Origin: Eledone cirrhosa
Taxonomy: Eukaryota
Direction: 5' to 3'
DNA length: 64,000 bases
Assembly (NCBI GenBank): GCA_964016885.1
Contig: OZ024741.1
Span: 238,080,001 to 238,144,000 of the forward strand
The translations under genes and the position numbers were made by a program. Shown one piece after another: positions 23,680-37,897 of this stretch (its first letter is position 1; every line of letters begins with the position of its first letter). The notes beneath the pieces were generated by a model. That model was given only the letters and a program-made list of their open reading frames with translations, did no database searches and had not been told where the DNA came from.

Positions 23680-25345
23680 ACGGATATCATGCTTACTACA
23701 TATGTTGAAGTTATTCACTGGAATAATCGCTGAGTCAATGTATAAGTATCCTGAAGAAAATGGAGTTTTATCAGACGAGGTACCAAGGACCAATATTTGA
23801 TATCAAAACAATATTTAGGGATTGCATGAGGAGAAAACCAACTTGGCCATGTCGGGAATTGATCACCGGAAAACCTATAATATGATCCCACATTCTAGGA
23901 CCATGGAATGTGTGAACTTATTTGGTTTATTAGGAAAAGTATGGAGAAGCAGAAAACAAAACTGACAGCATGTTAAAGAAGCTTAGAGTGTGTTTGGATT
24001 CAAAGGTTGCCAACAAAAGGTTAACCATTTAAGGACAACCTCAAGCTTTATGATAAGGATGAATCCCAGGTCAGTTCCTTCATTGTTATGGTGTATATAT
24101 TTAGTGCTGACGTCAGAATGGAGTTTGGATTGAAAAAGTGAGGTGTGTTAGGTTTGAACAGTAGCAAAATTAAACACATGGAAAGGTTGGTGTTGCCATT
24201 GGGGAGGTCATGAAGCAAAAAGAAGAGGAAATTATACACACTTAGGGATACTGGAAATGGACAAAGTAATGGAGGAGTAAATGAAAGAAAAAGTTAAGGT
24301 GGAATACTTGTGCAGACTTGTCCTCATCTTGAAATTGAATAGACAGAATAGATAGAAGCTATCAACCCAGAGGCAGTCTCAGCCTTTAGGTATGGAACAG
24401 CGATGGTACGTGGGCAGTAGAAACACTAAACAGCTTAGATCAAAAGACATTGACTTGGCATGGGGTATTTCATCCAAAGAGTGATACAAACAGATTATAT
24501 GTACCAAGAAAAAGATGAGGAAGAGATCTGATTGAGTTCGAAGACAGCATAAGAGCAAGCAGAAGAAAACAACATGGCAGGTTACCGAAAAATGCCACAG
24601 AACTGCTAGTGGTGGAAGTAAGAAGGTCAGGGTTGTGCAAAACTGAAGATTGAAAAGATAAAACACAGTACAAGTATTTGAAGATGGATAAAACTGAAAA
24701 TAATTTGTGGGTAGGAGTATCAATAATAGTTGGTGCCTTAGAAACTGTAAGTAGAGATCTTAAAAAGAACATTGAACAAAGAGGGGTTGCAATGTGTGCA
24801 GAGCATTTGCAGAAAACAGCACTGCTTGGAACAGCTTGAATACTCTGGATGGTGCTGAAAAAATAAGGGCTGAAAAAATAAGAGCTGTTCACTGGCAGTA
24901 AACAGCTGACATTGTAATACATTTCCAGCATTAGAAGCTGAGTGAAGAAAACAAAAATAAAAATACCAATACAAAGCAATAGAGAACAGGAATGAGCATG
25001 TGGCTTGGAAGGTAATGCAGGAGGATGGGATTATGAATGTTTGACTGGCAGAGTAACTGAGCATTGAAAGTGGAGATGACAAGACTGTTTGAAATGAGAG
25101 TATAATGTGAAAGTGATACCAGTTGTGATTGGGCATTAGGGTCAATCCCATTGAAACTCCAAGTCTTCTTAAAACAGTTGGGAATACCATGCAAGATTGG
25201 TGTCATACAAAAATCGGCCTTGCCAGACACTATGCACATTTTAAGGAAAGCATTATGTCTGAAGCCCTTGCTGGGATTTGATAGCTGACTAAATACTCCA
25301 GTGCTTTTTCCATCTACACTGCAAGACAAAGTAATAATAATGATA
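23680..25345 (+). mobile_element. Decayed R4/Dong-like non-LTR relic (duplicate of ~12025-13690)
   Basis: Near-identical sequence and shadow ORFs. Confidence 0.7.
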
Positions 25346-25743
25346 GTGATGGATAATGGGGTTGGGTAGGGTGGGCTATTTGATGCTTCCCTCCTTCATT
25401 ACTCAGTCAACATGATGTAAAGTGTATTATGGTGGTATTATAGAAGAGAGTGGTAACTAAATCCTAACCTTCCCTCTTAAAGCAAGATTTCAATAGTATG
25501 AGTTCCCGGTCAGAACCACCCTATGTCATCTTTGTCCTATGTCTTCCTTGGGCTCTCTCTTCCACAGATTTTGCTAACTTCAAGCACTTGGCACTTTTGC
25601 CTACAACTGTCTTTCTCCATGTATGTACCATTGTAACTGCCTCTCTTTTACACTACATCTGATTACTCTCATATTCAATTTTCTCTCGGCTACATGTGTT
25701 CTGTCATTCACACACACTAATATTACACACCCAGTAGAGTATA

Positions 25744-25803
25744 CATGTTTCATTTCTTTCTAGCCATCACAAATCTGTGATGGCTAGAAAGAAATGAAAC
25801 ATG
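25744..25803. repeat. Perfect 28-bp inverted repeat with 4-nt loop
   Basis: CATGTTTCATTTCTTTCTAGCCATCACA-AATC-TGTGATGGCTAGAAAGAAATGAAACATG. Confidence 0.95.
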
Positions 25804-28131
25804 GCAGTTCAAATAAAAGCCTTATACAATGTATAAAAATGTGAAGCACTTTATTGCCAGCAGAGGTAACAAATCCTGATTTTATTCCCCTCTGTAGTCA
25901 CTTAGGCTAAGCTTTCAGTACACCCCACCCCACTGTTAATGAGGTTACCTAAACAGAAGCAGCTATCAACTACTTCTAGTGAATCTTCTGAATATCTGAG
26001 GGAGCTTATTTCATAAAGAATGAGTAATGTTGTTGTTGACTTCTGTACATCTATCACATACAGCAATATATTCATCCACAAGGTTCTCTATAACCCACCT
26101 GAGTCTAATGTAGGCTGTGAATATTAGATGGTACAGATTGTTTTGGTTAACAATGGCCTCACTGTCATCAGTACACAGCTTACCAACATGACTAAGACAA
26201 TATCAAATGTAGTTGAACCAACATGAGGAAGGACTTTTCCTTCAACAACACCATCTCACCTGCATTTGGACTATATCGGAACTAAACAAAGGTGTGTGGC
26301 TCAAAACAGTCAGTTAATCATGATTTGGCGACTTGACAATAAGTACACATGGATCAAAGTTACACAGCATCTTGGCCTCCATGTGTATGGACCACATAAA
26401 TGCCGCTGTTTTGTATCACAGAGCAAGGTGTTTCCTTCATCACACTGCTCTGAGAGAAGAGATGACATTAAACAAAGACTAATGCTACTGGATTTTCATC
26501 ACAACTGAAGTCAATTAGCTTTGTAAATGGCAATGATAGGTGCTTAGACAGAACAACTCGAGTTCTATTAAACCTTTCTGATACCAAACCACCTGAAAAT
26601 GTACCTGGTTCTCAAATACAAAGCTGTTTGTTTTAAATGTTTATATCTATCTAAAACTTTCCATTGCAATTGTATTTAAGAATCGTTGCAGTTGTGTGCT
26701 AAATACCAAATTAATAATGAGAAAGTCAGATATTTTTCTAAATTCATCCAAATTCTTTATTATATAAAATCATATTTGAAAATCATAGGCAGTGGATTTT
26801 ATTAGAAATATGGTAATGAAAGGGTTATGGTGATGTAATTCATTCATCTAGGATACCAGGTGTTGTATTACATTCTTCAGTGTCAACCATGATGCTTTGG
26901 TCATAAACCTAGGTGTTGCCACATGCAATTCAGGAGAGTAAACTGATTAAATACCAGCCATTAATGGTCAAATTCCATTTCACACTAGTTACTGTTAAGA
27001 CCTCCAATGTCCTTAGTTCCCAGACTACCAGTTTCTTATGCTAAATTAGAATGAGAGCATCACTACAGAGGAAGGAGCCCTTTTGTGGTATAATGACTGA
27101 TAAAATGGATACCACTGGCTGGTTTGTTATGGCAAGGCTTTTGACATCTGATCTTTTAACTATTTTTGCTAATTGAAAAACTAAATAAATTTCATAATCT
27201 TTAAAAAAATGTGTAAATGTTATTTATCTCTAAATAGACTTTATTAGACTCATGTGAATAATTCATAATATATCTCTTCTGATGTGATAATGACGACATA
27301 CCTATGGCTAGATGTGGTAGCTGAATGATACAGGAGGAAAACAAAATGTACTAAAGTGTATGTTAAAACATGGACAATAATATTCTGTTATGACTTCATT
27401 AAAGCCAGAGAAAGATTAAGATTTAATTACTAAAATTATTACGACAATAGATATAAACTATATTAACATGCATTACAAACATTCAGTCTTATTGGCTATC
27501 AAATAATATATTCCAAGAGTTAAATATATACACCTAGTTTGAACTGTTACACCAATATTGTATATAAAATATATAGTAGCAATATATACAGTTTAATATT
27601 ATAGTGTGTTTTATATGACTCTGATATTACAATATGTAGTCTATCTAGAGGTAATTGTACTACTACTTCTACTACTACTAATACTACTACAGCAGTTGTT
27701 GTTGTTAATGGTGGAAGTGATGGCAAGATCTCTCTATCCTACAAGGCCCTATTTCTTGTTGGTGTATATGTGTGTGCGTGTGTGTGTCTATATATATACA
27801 TATATATATATCATTATTATCATTTAATGGCTGTTTTCTCATACATATATATATAGCACACATTTTTAATTTTGTGCTTAGCCTGTTTCACTATAAACAT
27901 ATCATCATTCTCATCACCTTTTAGTGATAAGGCTGATGTGTTTATAATGAAACACAGGCTAAAGACAATATAAATGTTATGATTATGAACAAGAGGGAGA
28001 CAAAGGGAAAAAGAGAGAGATAGATAGACAGACAGATAGATAGAGAGGGAGAGAGATAGATAGACAAACAGATAGATAGAGAGAGAGATAGAGATAGAGA
28101 TAGAGATAGAGATAGAGCAAGAGAGACTTAC

Positions 28132-28475
28132 CTTCATTGTTTAATCCTTATCCTTCACTGTAGTAGCATGTAATGGATGATGTGTATCCTGCTGTAGTGT
28201 TCCAGTATGATGGCTGCTACTGCTGTAGTTGTGTTATAGTGTAACTGCTGCTACTGTAGTGTCCCATAATAATTGCTTCACTGCTGTAGTGTTTCAGTGT
28301 AACTGCTGCTGCTGCTATGGTGTTCCTGTGTAACTGCTGGTGTGACAGTAGCTATATGTAGTGGGAGGAGGGATGTTAACTAGATGGTGTTGTGTGAGTT
28401 ATATCCCTATATCTTCCACACACACAAAAGTGTGTATTATGAACAAAGAAAAAAGCTATCAGCCTCATTTTGAAT
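28132..28475 (-). other. Putative leader exon of protocadherin gene 2
   Basis: CAATGAAG|GTAAG donor; 5542-nt intron to the acceptor at 22590; CCAAT at 28506-28510 upstream. Confidence 0.65.
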
Positions 28476-29319
28476 ATTGAAAGAAATATATAAAATCTTC
28501 CTTAACCAATAGGAAATTACTGCAATGTTGTCTGTGTAACAGAAACACAGGAAATAATAGAATCCATGTCAAACAGAAATAGTTTGATAGTTTATGTTAT
28601 AATACTAATTCAAGTTAAATTTAATGACAATAATCCAGAATTCTTTACTTTGCAGCTAATTATTTTAAAATTATAAAACTATTTTTTATTATATTTTAAT
28701 GTTAAAATTAATTATTATAATTAATTACATATTTTAAAATATAACTGCTTATAATTTATGTATTATCTCTTTTTAACAGAAATGCCAAACTCCTAGCATT
28801 TGATATATAATGTAGCAAAGGAAAATGGGAAGAAATATGTTTGAATGAAGTAATTTTGAGGAAATATATTTAGGAATAAAATTTACTCTAACTTGTAGTT
28901 AAATATTAACATTGCTCTCCTATTTCTAACTTTCTAAATGTTATAATGCAGTAAAGGAATTATATTATTTTTCTTGAAATTTTTCTATAGTCTTATATCT
29001 AAAGGAAACAATATTGTGTAAAACATCCATTAAATGATTCACAATCTAAATAGTTTCGTGATCAAAATAGAAAAAAATTATAAATATATTTAAAAAAAAT
29101 AATATTAAAACAGAAATTAAAATAGTTAATAAAAAATAAACAAAACATTTTAAACTATAATAATATTATAGTGTACTATATTTAAGTGTCTGAGATGTAA
29201 ATTAGGGGTCATAGTATATGACACTACAGGTAAGACATTTTGTGTAATTATGGGGAAGTGGTTATAGGTTTGATATTTTTATATATAAGAATCATTTAAC
29301 AACTGTGATGGGATATCAA

Positions 29320-29399
29320 CTACGTTGGCTGTAGATAGGTATCTTGTACTTGTTGTCCCTTTTGTATTGTGGCTGGAACTGGATTGTCATTGGTATATT
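29320..29399 (-). CDS. Pcdh: Protocadherin gene 3, terminal coding exon
   Basis: ttttccag| acceptor, ...DTYLQPT*. Confidence 0.8.
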
Positions 29400-29557
29400 C
29401 TGGAAAATAGAAAATATAGAAATAGAATTATATTTCAATATAACGACTCTGTAAAGATATAAACATTGATGTTATATTACACTAACTATAACATTACATA
29501 TTGTCTTACAGTAATAAAGGGAATTATATTTATATGTTACGTTTAGGTAAAAGTTAC

Positions 29558-29705
29558 CTGGTTGTGAAGGTATCTCTTCATATGGTTTAGTCTTGCCAAT
29601 ACTTTTGTAACCTTCTCTGCTTCTTTGTGATGTTAAGGTGTCACTGTTGTAGTTAGACATGCTGAGACTGGTGCGACCTTCATGACTATGGATTGAATCA
29701 CATCT
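29558..29705 (-). CDS. Pcdh: Protocadherin gene 3, second coding exon
   Basis: 148 nt, AG/GT bounded; overlaps ORF-track 29472..29660. Confidence 0.85.
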
Positions 29706-30240
29706 CTGTTGAATATAAAAGATATCAGAAACATGATTTTAACTAGAGTAACTGTTTTCATTTATTAGCTAAATTGATCTTTCTATGAAACAAGAAAAGA
29801 GTCATTTTATTCAATGTCATTAAACATTCACAGAATCAGTAGATAGCTGTACACATTGAACAAATGATGTTAATATCATAAACATTGCAAACAAAAAAAG
29901 AAAAAACTTGATTTTCAATACAAACTGGAGACTGTGTTGAAAAACTTCCACTAAATGACAATATTACTGTGTTATGAAATATGATGTATTATGCCATTTA
30001 TTCATGTCTCAAATATAATAGGCTACATATACACTCCTTGAAATGATTTTGTATGGTTTCAGTGATATTTTACCAAAGAAATATGAGAAATTCCATGTCA
30101 AACCTCAAAATATTGTTGTAATTTTAAAATGAAAACCAATACTCATCTTCTTTTTATGAGTGAATAATAAAGCAATAATAAATTATGAATAAAAATTGAC
30201 AAAACCAATATAATATCAAACAATTAAATGTAATATTTAC

Positions 30241-32640
30241 CTGAGGAACTGGTGGAAGTCTCCTTTGTGTTGTTGAGAATTTCCACTCGTCTGGTAGCTG
30301 TTCCATCTCTGGATAAAACTGACTTTTAGATTTTATTGTCTGAAGATTTCTGTTAAATATTTCTTCTGCATTTCTGGTTATTGCAACAGGATTGTTAGTC
30401 TGATGCAGTAATTGTCTCATCTCAGTTTGAGACAGAAAGTTTGGATTATCTGCTGTTGTAGGTGAGTTATTGGTGTGATTAATACATCTGAAAACACACA
30501 GTGTTATTGACACTACAATAGCCACAGATATTATTACAGCTGCTGCTACAATGATAATTACCCAAGTCATATTGAGGTTGTTACCAGTTTGTAAGTGGAC
30601 AGCATTCAACATTGGAGATGTATCATTACTAACAAACAATGTTAGTATGATAACAGTTGTTGCTGATTGAACTGGAGTACCACCATCTTTCACTATAAAC
30701 TGTAGGTCATATGTTCCTGCATCATTTTGGTAAACTGTCCGAGAGAAAGATAAGACACCAGTATGGGAGTTGACTGTAAACAGGTTTTTATCATTAGATC
30801 TCAGTATTCCATATGTGAGGAAAGCATTGTTTCCAGTGTCTTTGTCAGAGGCTTTCAGAATTGTGATGTCTTTCTTACTGTGTGGATGGTAGTGGACATC
30901 TAGATTGTAAGGGTCATTAATAGGAAAGGTAAAATAGGGAGCATTATCATTTTTATCTAGAATCTCAATAACAATATTGGCAGTGTCATTCAGAGAAGGT
31001 GTTCCATTATCTTTGACTAAAACCTGGAATTTATAGATGTCTTTCACTTCCCGATCTATTGATTGTGATGTAGAAATAAATCCATATTTTGTAAGTTGGA
31101 AAGGAATGTTATCATTGTTGTTATCATTGATGATAGAATATGTAAGTTGACCTCCATCTTCAAGATCAGGGTCTGTAGCATTGATGAAGCCAATAGGGAA
31201 GTCAACTTTCTGGTTTTCATAAGTGAGGAATTGGAATGTATCTTTGGTAAAATGTGGCTGTACATCATTGACATCAGTTACTTTGACAGAGAAATATTTC
31301 TTAGTTTCTAGTTGAGGTGATCCCATATCATGACATACAATAGATACTTTATAGTGGTCTATAGTTTCTCTATCAAGATGACCCTTAACAATCATTTTAT
31401 ATTCTTTAGAATCTATTTTGGCAAGTTTAAATTTATCATGTTTTAAATCACAGCTAACCTCACCATTAGGTCCAACATCAGTGTCAGAGACTATAACATA
31501 AGCTATAAAACTATCTATTTCACTGTCTTCTGAAACTGCTGTGGAACTTTCTGTTAAAGGAGATACAAAATCTATATTTATCACTGGAGCACTATTCTGG
31601 TTATTAATTACATTAATTTGAACTGTTGTTACAGAACTAAGTTGAGGATCACCTCCATCTCGTGCTTCAATAAATAATAAATAGGATTGCATCTTACTAA
31701 AGTTAAAATTATCATGTATAAATATCTCTCCAGTTTTCTTATCTAATACAAAATATTTCAGTGCATTTCGAGATGTTTTATGGTTGAAATGGTAAGAAAT
31801 CTTTCCGTTGTGTCCAGAATCTAAATCTGTGGCTTTTAAAGTAAGAATTGGTAAATGTCTTTGATGTGAATTATTTATAGATATGTTGTAGACTTTCTGT
31901 GAAAATACAGGTGTGTTATCATTAACATCTGTCACAGATATGTGTACCTTGAGTGTAGCTGTTTGGGGAGGGTTCCCTCCATCTTTAGATTCAAGAGCCA
32001 ACATGTATGTGTCTTTCATTTCCCTGTCTAATCTGTCTTCTAAAGTTAATTCAGGTACGAAAACACCATCATGTCGTCTTGTGACAGAGAGGGCAAATGG
32101 TTCTCTTTTACCTTTCTTTATCATGTATGTAATTTGAGAATTTTGTATTGAAATGTCTTTATCAATAGCATTTGGAAGAGGAATTGTAGTCCCTTTACTA
32201 TCTCTCTCTAGAAAATTAACTGTAACTTCATTCCTTGGAAATTCTGGTGAATGATCATTGATGTCTTCTATAATTATTTTTATCTTAAGAATTTTCATAA
32301 AAGTTTTTCCTTTCCTCACTGCTACTTTAACGATTCTGGAACATTCCTTGTTATATATACACAGAGACTCAGCATCCAGTGTCTGTGTAGTGTATAGTTT
32401 TCCTGTGTTGGTGACATTAAATAAGTGAGAACCACTTGACACTGTCCTTTGTAGTTGTGTAAATGTTATGAGAGTGTGTTGTTGATGTGTAAGAGAGTGT
32501 GTTAAGTTAGAATCAACAGCAATGTCACCTATATAGGTGTGAGGACTGTCTTCTTCATTGACATGATATGTAATGTCTATAGACAGTACAAGAGTCATCA
32601 GTAAATGTAGTAGACAGAGTAGACCAATATATGTTGTCAT
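30241..32640 (-). CDS. Pcdh: Protocadherin gene 3, large coding exon (800 codons, ~875 aa spliced)
   Basis: Six cadherin repeats plus TM; donor CAG|GTAAAT; acceptor 35 nt before ATG. Confidence 0.95.
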
Positions 32641-33334
32641 GTCTGGAATTCTTCACACTTTAGCTGTAGAAATTTCTACAAAAGACAAAAGAAATATTTT
32701 AAGTTGAAATATGAATAAATCATCATGATCATTATGGTTCTACATCCACTTTCCACACAGACATGGGTTAGGTGGGCTGTTATACTCCAATTTAATTGTT
32801 ATTAGGAAGTACTGTCCTCCTGGATGAGTCAGGAAACTTACTTTTTACTTAATGTTACATTAATCTATTCAAATTTTGTTTTTATAGTTGGATGCCTTCC
32901 CTAACATCAACTATTCTACAGTATGTACTGATAAAATGCTCGTAGCAACAGTAGTAGAAAGGTTGCCATGTCTTGACCAAAAGAGTCCTCTCTAGACTAC
33001 TTAATTTTGTGAAATTCTTTTCAGAGTGTATTTGTTACATTTTATAGTGACACCAGTACTGACGAGGTTGTCAAGTCCTCAATATGACTAAAGAGTCCTT
33101 TAAGGGTCACACATGGAGAAAGCCCACAAAAAACCATGGTCACCCTGATCACTAAGGCAAGTGCCCTCTGTCAGTTGTCTTCCTCCAATCTACAGGTTCA
33201 TACTCAGAGTAGGACTATTAGGAAAGGGAAAGTACAGTAGAGGACAGGGGTAAAGAAATTTCTGGTAACCTACAGAAAAGAGACAGTGATATTTTGTTCA
33301 CCGAAAGAAATATAGTTGATCTGGAAGACAATGT

Positions 33335-33525
33335 AATTAATTGTTTCTACTTTAGGCACAAGGCTAGCAATTACCCAGTGCATTACTGGTACTTTATTTT
33401 ATCGACCCCGTAAGGATGAAAGGCAAAGTCAACCTCGGCGGGATTTGAACTCAGATCGTAAAGGGACGTAACTATGCTGGAATGCATGCTGTCCGACCCC
33501 TCTACCGATACTGCCAATCCATGTA
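33335..33525 (-). mobile_element. tRNA-derived SINE
   Basis: Reverse complement of the 22935 family; flanked by an ATGTAATTAAT direct repeat. Confidence 0.8.
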
Positions 33526-33529
33526 ATTA

Positions 33530-35545
33530 ATGGAGACATGACAGATGAACAGAAGGTAATATATGACAGAATAAAGGCAAGGTTACATGAGGACAATAGA
33601 AGCTGAACCTAGACACAAAAAAGATGAATGAAATTCTAAAATACATCAGAACAATTAACATCATAGAAACAAATAATCTGATAAAGTCTGCAAGCTTTGT
33701 TGTAGCAGAAAACATGGAGGTAGATATCAAGAAGAAGAAAAGTAGAATACAGGCTAGCATAGATATGTCCTTGAAGGACATTTCTGTCTTAGATAAAGAA
33801 GAGAAGAGGGTGTTTAGAAAGGAACAATACAGAGCACTAAAAAGAATGTATATCATTGAAAGAAATATGCCTAAAAGCAGTAATGGAGGACCTCTAGTAA
33901 CGTCTTATGGCAAAAAAGCTAAGATAGCAAGATATAACCAAAGAATAATGCAATATCAGCAAAATAGATTTTTCAGAGTAGACCAAATGAGATTTTACCA
34001 AGAAATAAATGGAGTGTGTACAGATGAAGTGATGATACCAGATAGCAATGAAAGTCAAAAGGTTGAAGACACATTTGGAGTAAAGCGAAAGTACACAAGA
34101 AAAACGCTAAATGGTTACAAGAACTAAGGGATATGAAGGAAGTCAGAAAAAAGATGAGAATTGGAAGTCTCTGGGACCAGTTGGAGTTCAAGGCCACACT
34201 GGATCAAAAGATTTAGTGAATGCCATGTACACATAGCTGAACAACTCAACACATTGTTAAATGCTGGCCAAGTAATACTAGAGTAGATGTCAAAGAGGAG
34301 GACAGTTCTGTCCTTGAAAGATATCACAAAAGAAACAACTAAACACTGATATCATGCTTACTACATATGTGGAAGTTATTTACTGGAATAATCACTGAGT
34401 CAATGTAGAAGCATCTTGAAGAAAATGGAATTTTACCAGACAAGCAGAAAAGGTGCAAGCATAAGTGCAGCGGTACCAAGGACCAATTTTTGATATCAAA
34501 ACAATATTTAGGGATTGCAAGAGGTATAAAACCAACTTGGTCATGTCGTAAATTGATTACCTGAAAGCCTATGATATGATCCCACATTCTTGGATCATGG
34601 AATGTGTGAACCTAGAAACAGAAAACAAAACTGACAGCATGTTAAAGAAGCTTAGAGTGTGTTTGGATTCAAAGGTTGCCAACAGAAGGTTAACCATTTA
34701 AGGACAAGCTCAAACTTTATGATAAGGATGAATCCCAGGTCAGTTACTTCGTTGTTATGGTGTATATGTTTAGTGCTGACGTCAGAATGGAGTTTGGATT
34801 GAAAAAGTGAGGTGTGTTAGGTTTGAACAGTAGCAAAATTAAACACATGAGGAGGTTGGTGTTGCCATTGGGGAGGTCATGAAGCAAATAGAAGAGGAAA
34901 TTATACACACTTAGGGATACTGTAAATGGACAAAGAAATGGAGGAGGAAATGAAAGAAAAAGTTAAGGTGGAATACTTGTGCAGTCTTGTCCTCATCTTG
35001 AAATTGAATAGACAGAATAGATAGAAGCTATCAACCTAGAGGCAGTCTCACCCTTTAGGTATGGAACAGCGATGGTACGTGGGCAGTAGAAGCACTAAAC
35101 AGCTTAGACTAAAAGACATTGACTTGATATGGGGTATTTCATCCAAAGAGTGATACAAACAGATTGCATGTACCAAGAAAAAGATGAGGAAGAGATCTAA
35201 TTGAGTTTGAAGACAGCATAAGAGCAGAAGAAATCAACATGGCAGGTTACCTAAAAATGCCACAGAACTGCTAGTGGTGGAAGAAAGAGGGTCAGGGTTG
35301 TACAAAATTGAAGATTGCAAACATAAAAGATAGTACAAGTATTTGAAGATGGATAAAACTGAAAATAATTGGCCAGAAAGAAGAATACATAGACAATTCC
35401 ATAGATATGTTGAAGATAGGACAGACAGAAAAAAGGTGGTTATGAGTGACTAAAAGTAATGTAAAATCTTTGTTGGGATTTGATAGCTGACTAAATACTC
35501 CAGTGTATTTTCCATCTACACTGCATGATAAAGTGATAATAATGA
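33530..35545 (+). mobile_element. Decayed R4/Dong-like non-LTR relic
   Basis: Includes ORF 33624..34127 and RT remnants; near-identical to 19-1800. Confidence 0.7.
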
Positions 35546-37524
35546 TAGTGATGGATAATGGGGTTGGGTAGGGTGGGCTATTTGATGCTTCCATCCTTCA
35601 TGTAGTTGAACCAATATGAGGAAGGACTTTTCCTTCAACAACACCATCTCACCTGCATTTTGACTATATCGGAACTAAACAAAGGTGTGTGGCTCAAAAC
35701 AGTCAGTTAATCATGATTTGGCGACTTGACAATAAGTACACATGGATCAAAGTTGCACAGCATCTTGGCCTCCATGTGTATGGACCACATAAATGCCGCT
35801 GTTTTGTATCACAGAGCAAGGTGTTTCCTTCATCACACTGCTCTTAGAAAAGAGATGACATTAAACAAAGACTAATGCTACTGGATTTTCATCACAACTG
35901 AAGTCAATTAGCTTTGTAAATGGCAATGATAGGTGCTTAGACAGAACAACTCTAGTTCTATTAAACCTTTCTGATACCAAACCACCTGAAAATGTACCTG
36001 GTTCTCAAATACAAAGCTGTTTGTTTTAAATGTTTATATCTATCTAAAACTTTCCATTGCAATTGTATTTAAGAATCGTTGCAGTTGTGTGCTAAATACC
36101 AGATTAATAATGAGAAAGTCAGATATTTTTCTAAATTCATCCAAATTCTTGATTATATAAAATCATATTTGAAAATCATAGGCAGTGGATTTTATTAGAA
36201 ATATGGTAATGAAAGGGTTATGGTGATGTAATTCATTCATCTAGGATACCAGGTGTTGTATTACATTCTTCAGTGTCAACCATGATGCTTTGGTCATAAA
36301 CCTAGGTGTTGCCACGTGCAATTCAGGAGAGTAAACTGATTAAATACCAGCCATTAATGGTCAAATTCCATTTCACACTAGTTACTGTTAAGACCTCCAA
36401 TGTCCTTAGTTCCCAGACTACCAGTTTCTTATGCTAAATTAGAATGAGAGCATCACTACAGAGGAAGGATCCCTTTTGTGGTATAATGGCTGATAAAATG
36501 GATACCACTGGCTGGTTTGTTATGGCAAGGCTTTTGACATCTGATCTTTTAACTATTTTTGCTAATTGAAAAACTAAATAAATTTCATAATCTTTAAAAA
36601 AATGTGTAAATTTTATTTATCTCTAAATAGACTTTATTAGACTCATGTGAATAATTCATAATATATCTCTTCTGATGTGATAATGACGACATACCTATGG
36701 CTAGATGTGGTAGCTGAATGATACAGGAGGAAAACAAAATGTACTAAAGTGTATGTTAAAACATGGACAATAATATTCTGTTATGACTTCATTAAAGCCA
36801 GAGAAAGATTAAGATTTAATTACTAAAATTATTACGACAATAGATATAAACTATATTAACATGCATTACAAACATTCAGTCTTATTGGCTATCAAATAAT
36901 ATATTCCAAGAGTTAAATATATACACCTAGTTTGAACTGTTACACCAATATTGTATATAAAATATATAGTAGCAATATATACAGTTTAATATTATAGTGT
37001 GTTTTATATGACTCTGACATTACAATATGTAGTCTATCTAGAGGTAATTGTACTACTACTTCTACTACTACTAATACTACTACAGCAGTTGTTGTTGTTA
37101 ATGGTGGAAGTGATGGCAAGATCTCTCTATCCTACAAGGCCCTATTTCTTGTTGGTGTATATGTGTGTGCGTGTGTGTGTCTATATATATACATATATAT
37201 ATATCATTATTATCATTTAATGGCTGTTTTCTCATACATATATATATAGCACACATTTTAAATTTTGTGCTTAGCCTGTTTCACTATAAACATATCATCA
37301 TTCTCATCACCTTTTAGTGATAAGGCTGATGTGTTTATAATGAAACACAGGCTAAAGACAATATAAATGTTATGATTATGAACAAGAGGGAGACAAAGGG
37401 AAAAAGAGAGAGATAGGTATATAGATAGACAGATAAATAGAGAGATAGATAGACAGACAGATAGATAGAGAGGGAGAGAGAGAGATAGAGAGAGAGAGAT
37501 AGAGATAGAGCAAGAGAGACTTAC

Positions 37525-37897
37525 CTTCATTGTTTAATCCTTATCCTTCACTGTAGTAGCATGTAATGGATGATGTGTATCCTGCTGTAGTGTTCCAGTA
37601 TGATGGCTGCTACTGCTGTAGTTGTGTTATAGTGTAACTGCTGCTACTGTAGTGTCCCATAATAATTGCTTCACTGCTGTAGTGTTTCAGTGTAACTGCT
37701 GCTGCTGCTATGGTGTTCCTGTGTAACTGCTGATATTGCTGGGTCCCTGTGTAACTGCTGGTGTGACTGTAGCTATATGTAGTGGGAGGAGGGATGTTAA
37801 CTAGATGGTGTTGTGTGAGTTATATCCCTATATCTTCCACACACACAAAAGTGTGTATTATGAACAAAGAAAAAAAGCTATCAGCCTCATTTTGAAT
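37525..37897 (-). other. Putative leader exon of protocadherin gene 3
   Basis: CAATGAAG|GTAAG donor; 4849-nt intron to the acceptor at 32676; CCAAT at 37928-37932. Confidence 0.65.
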
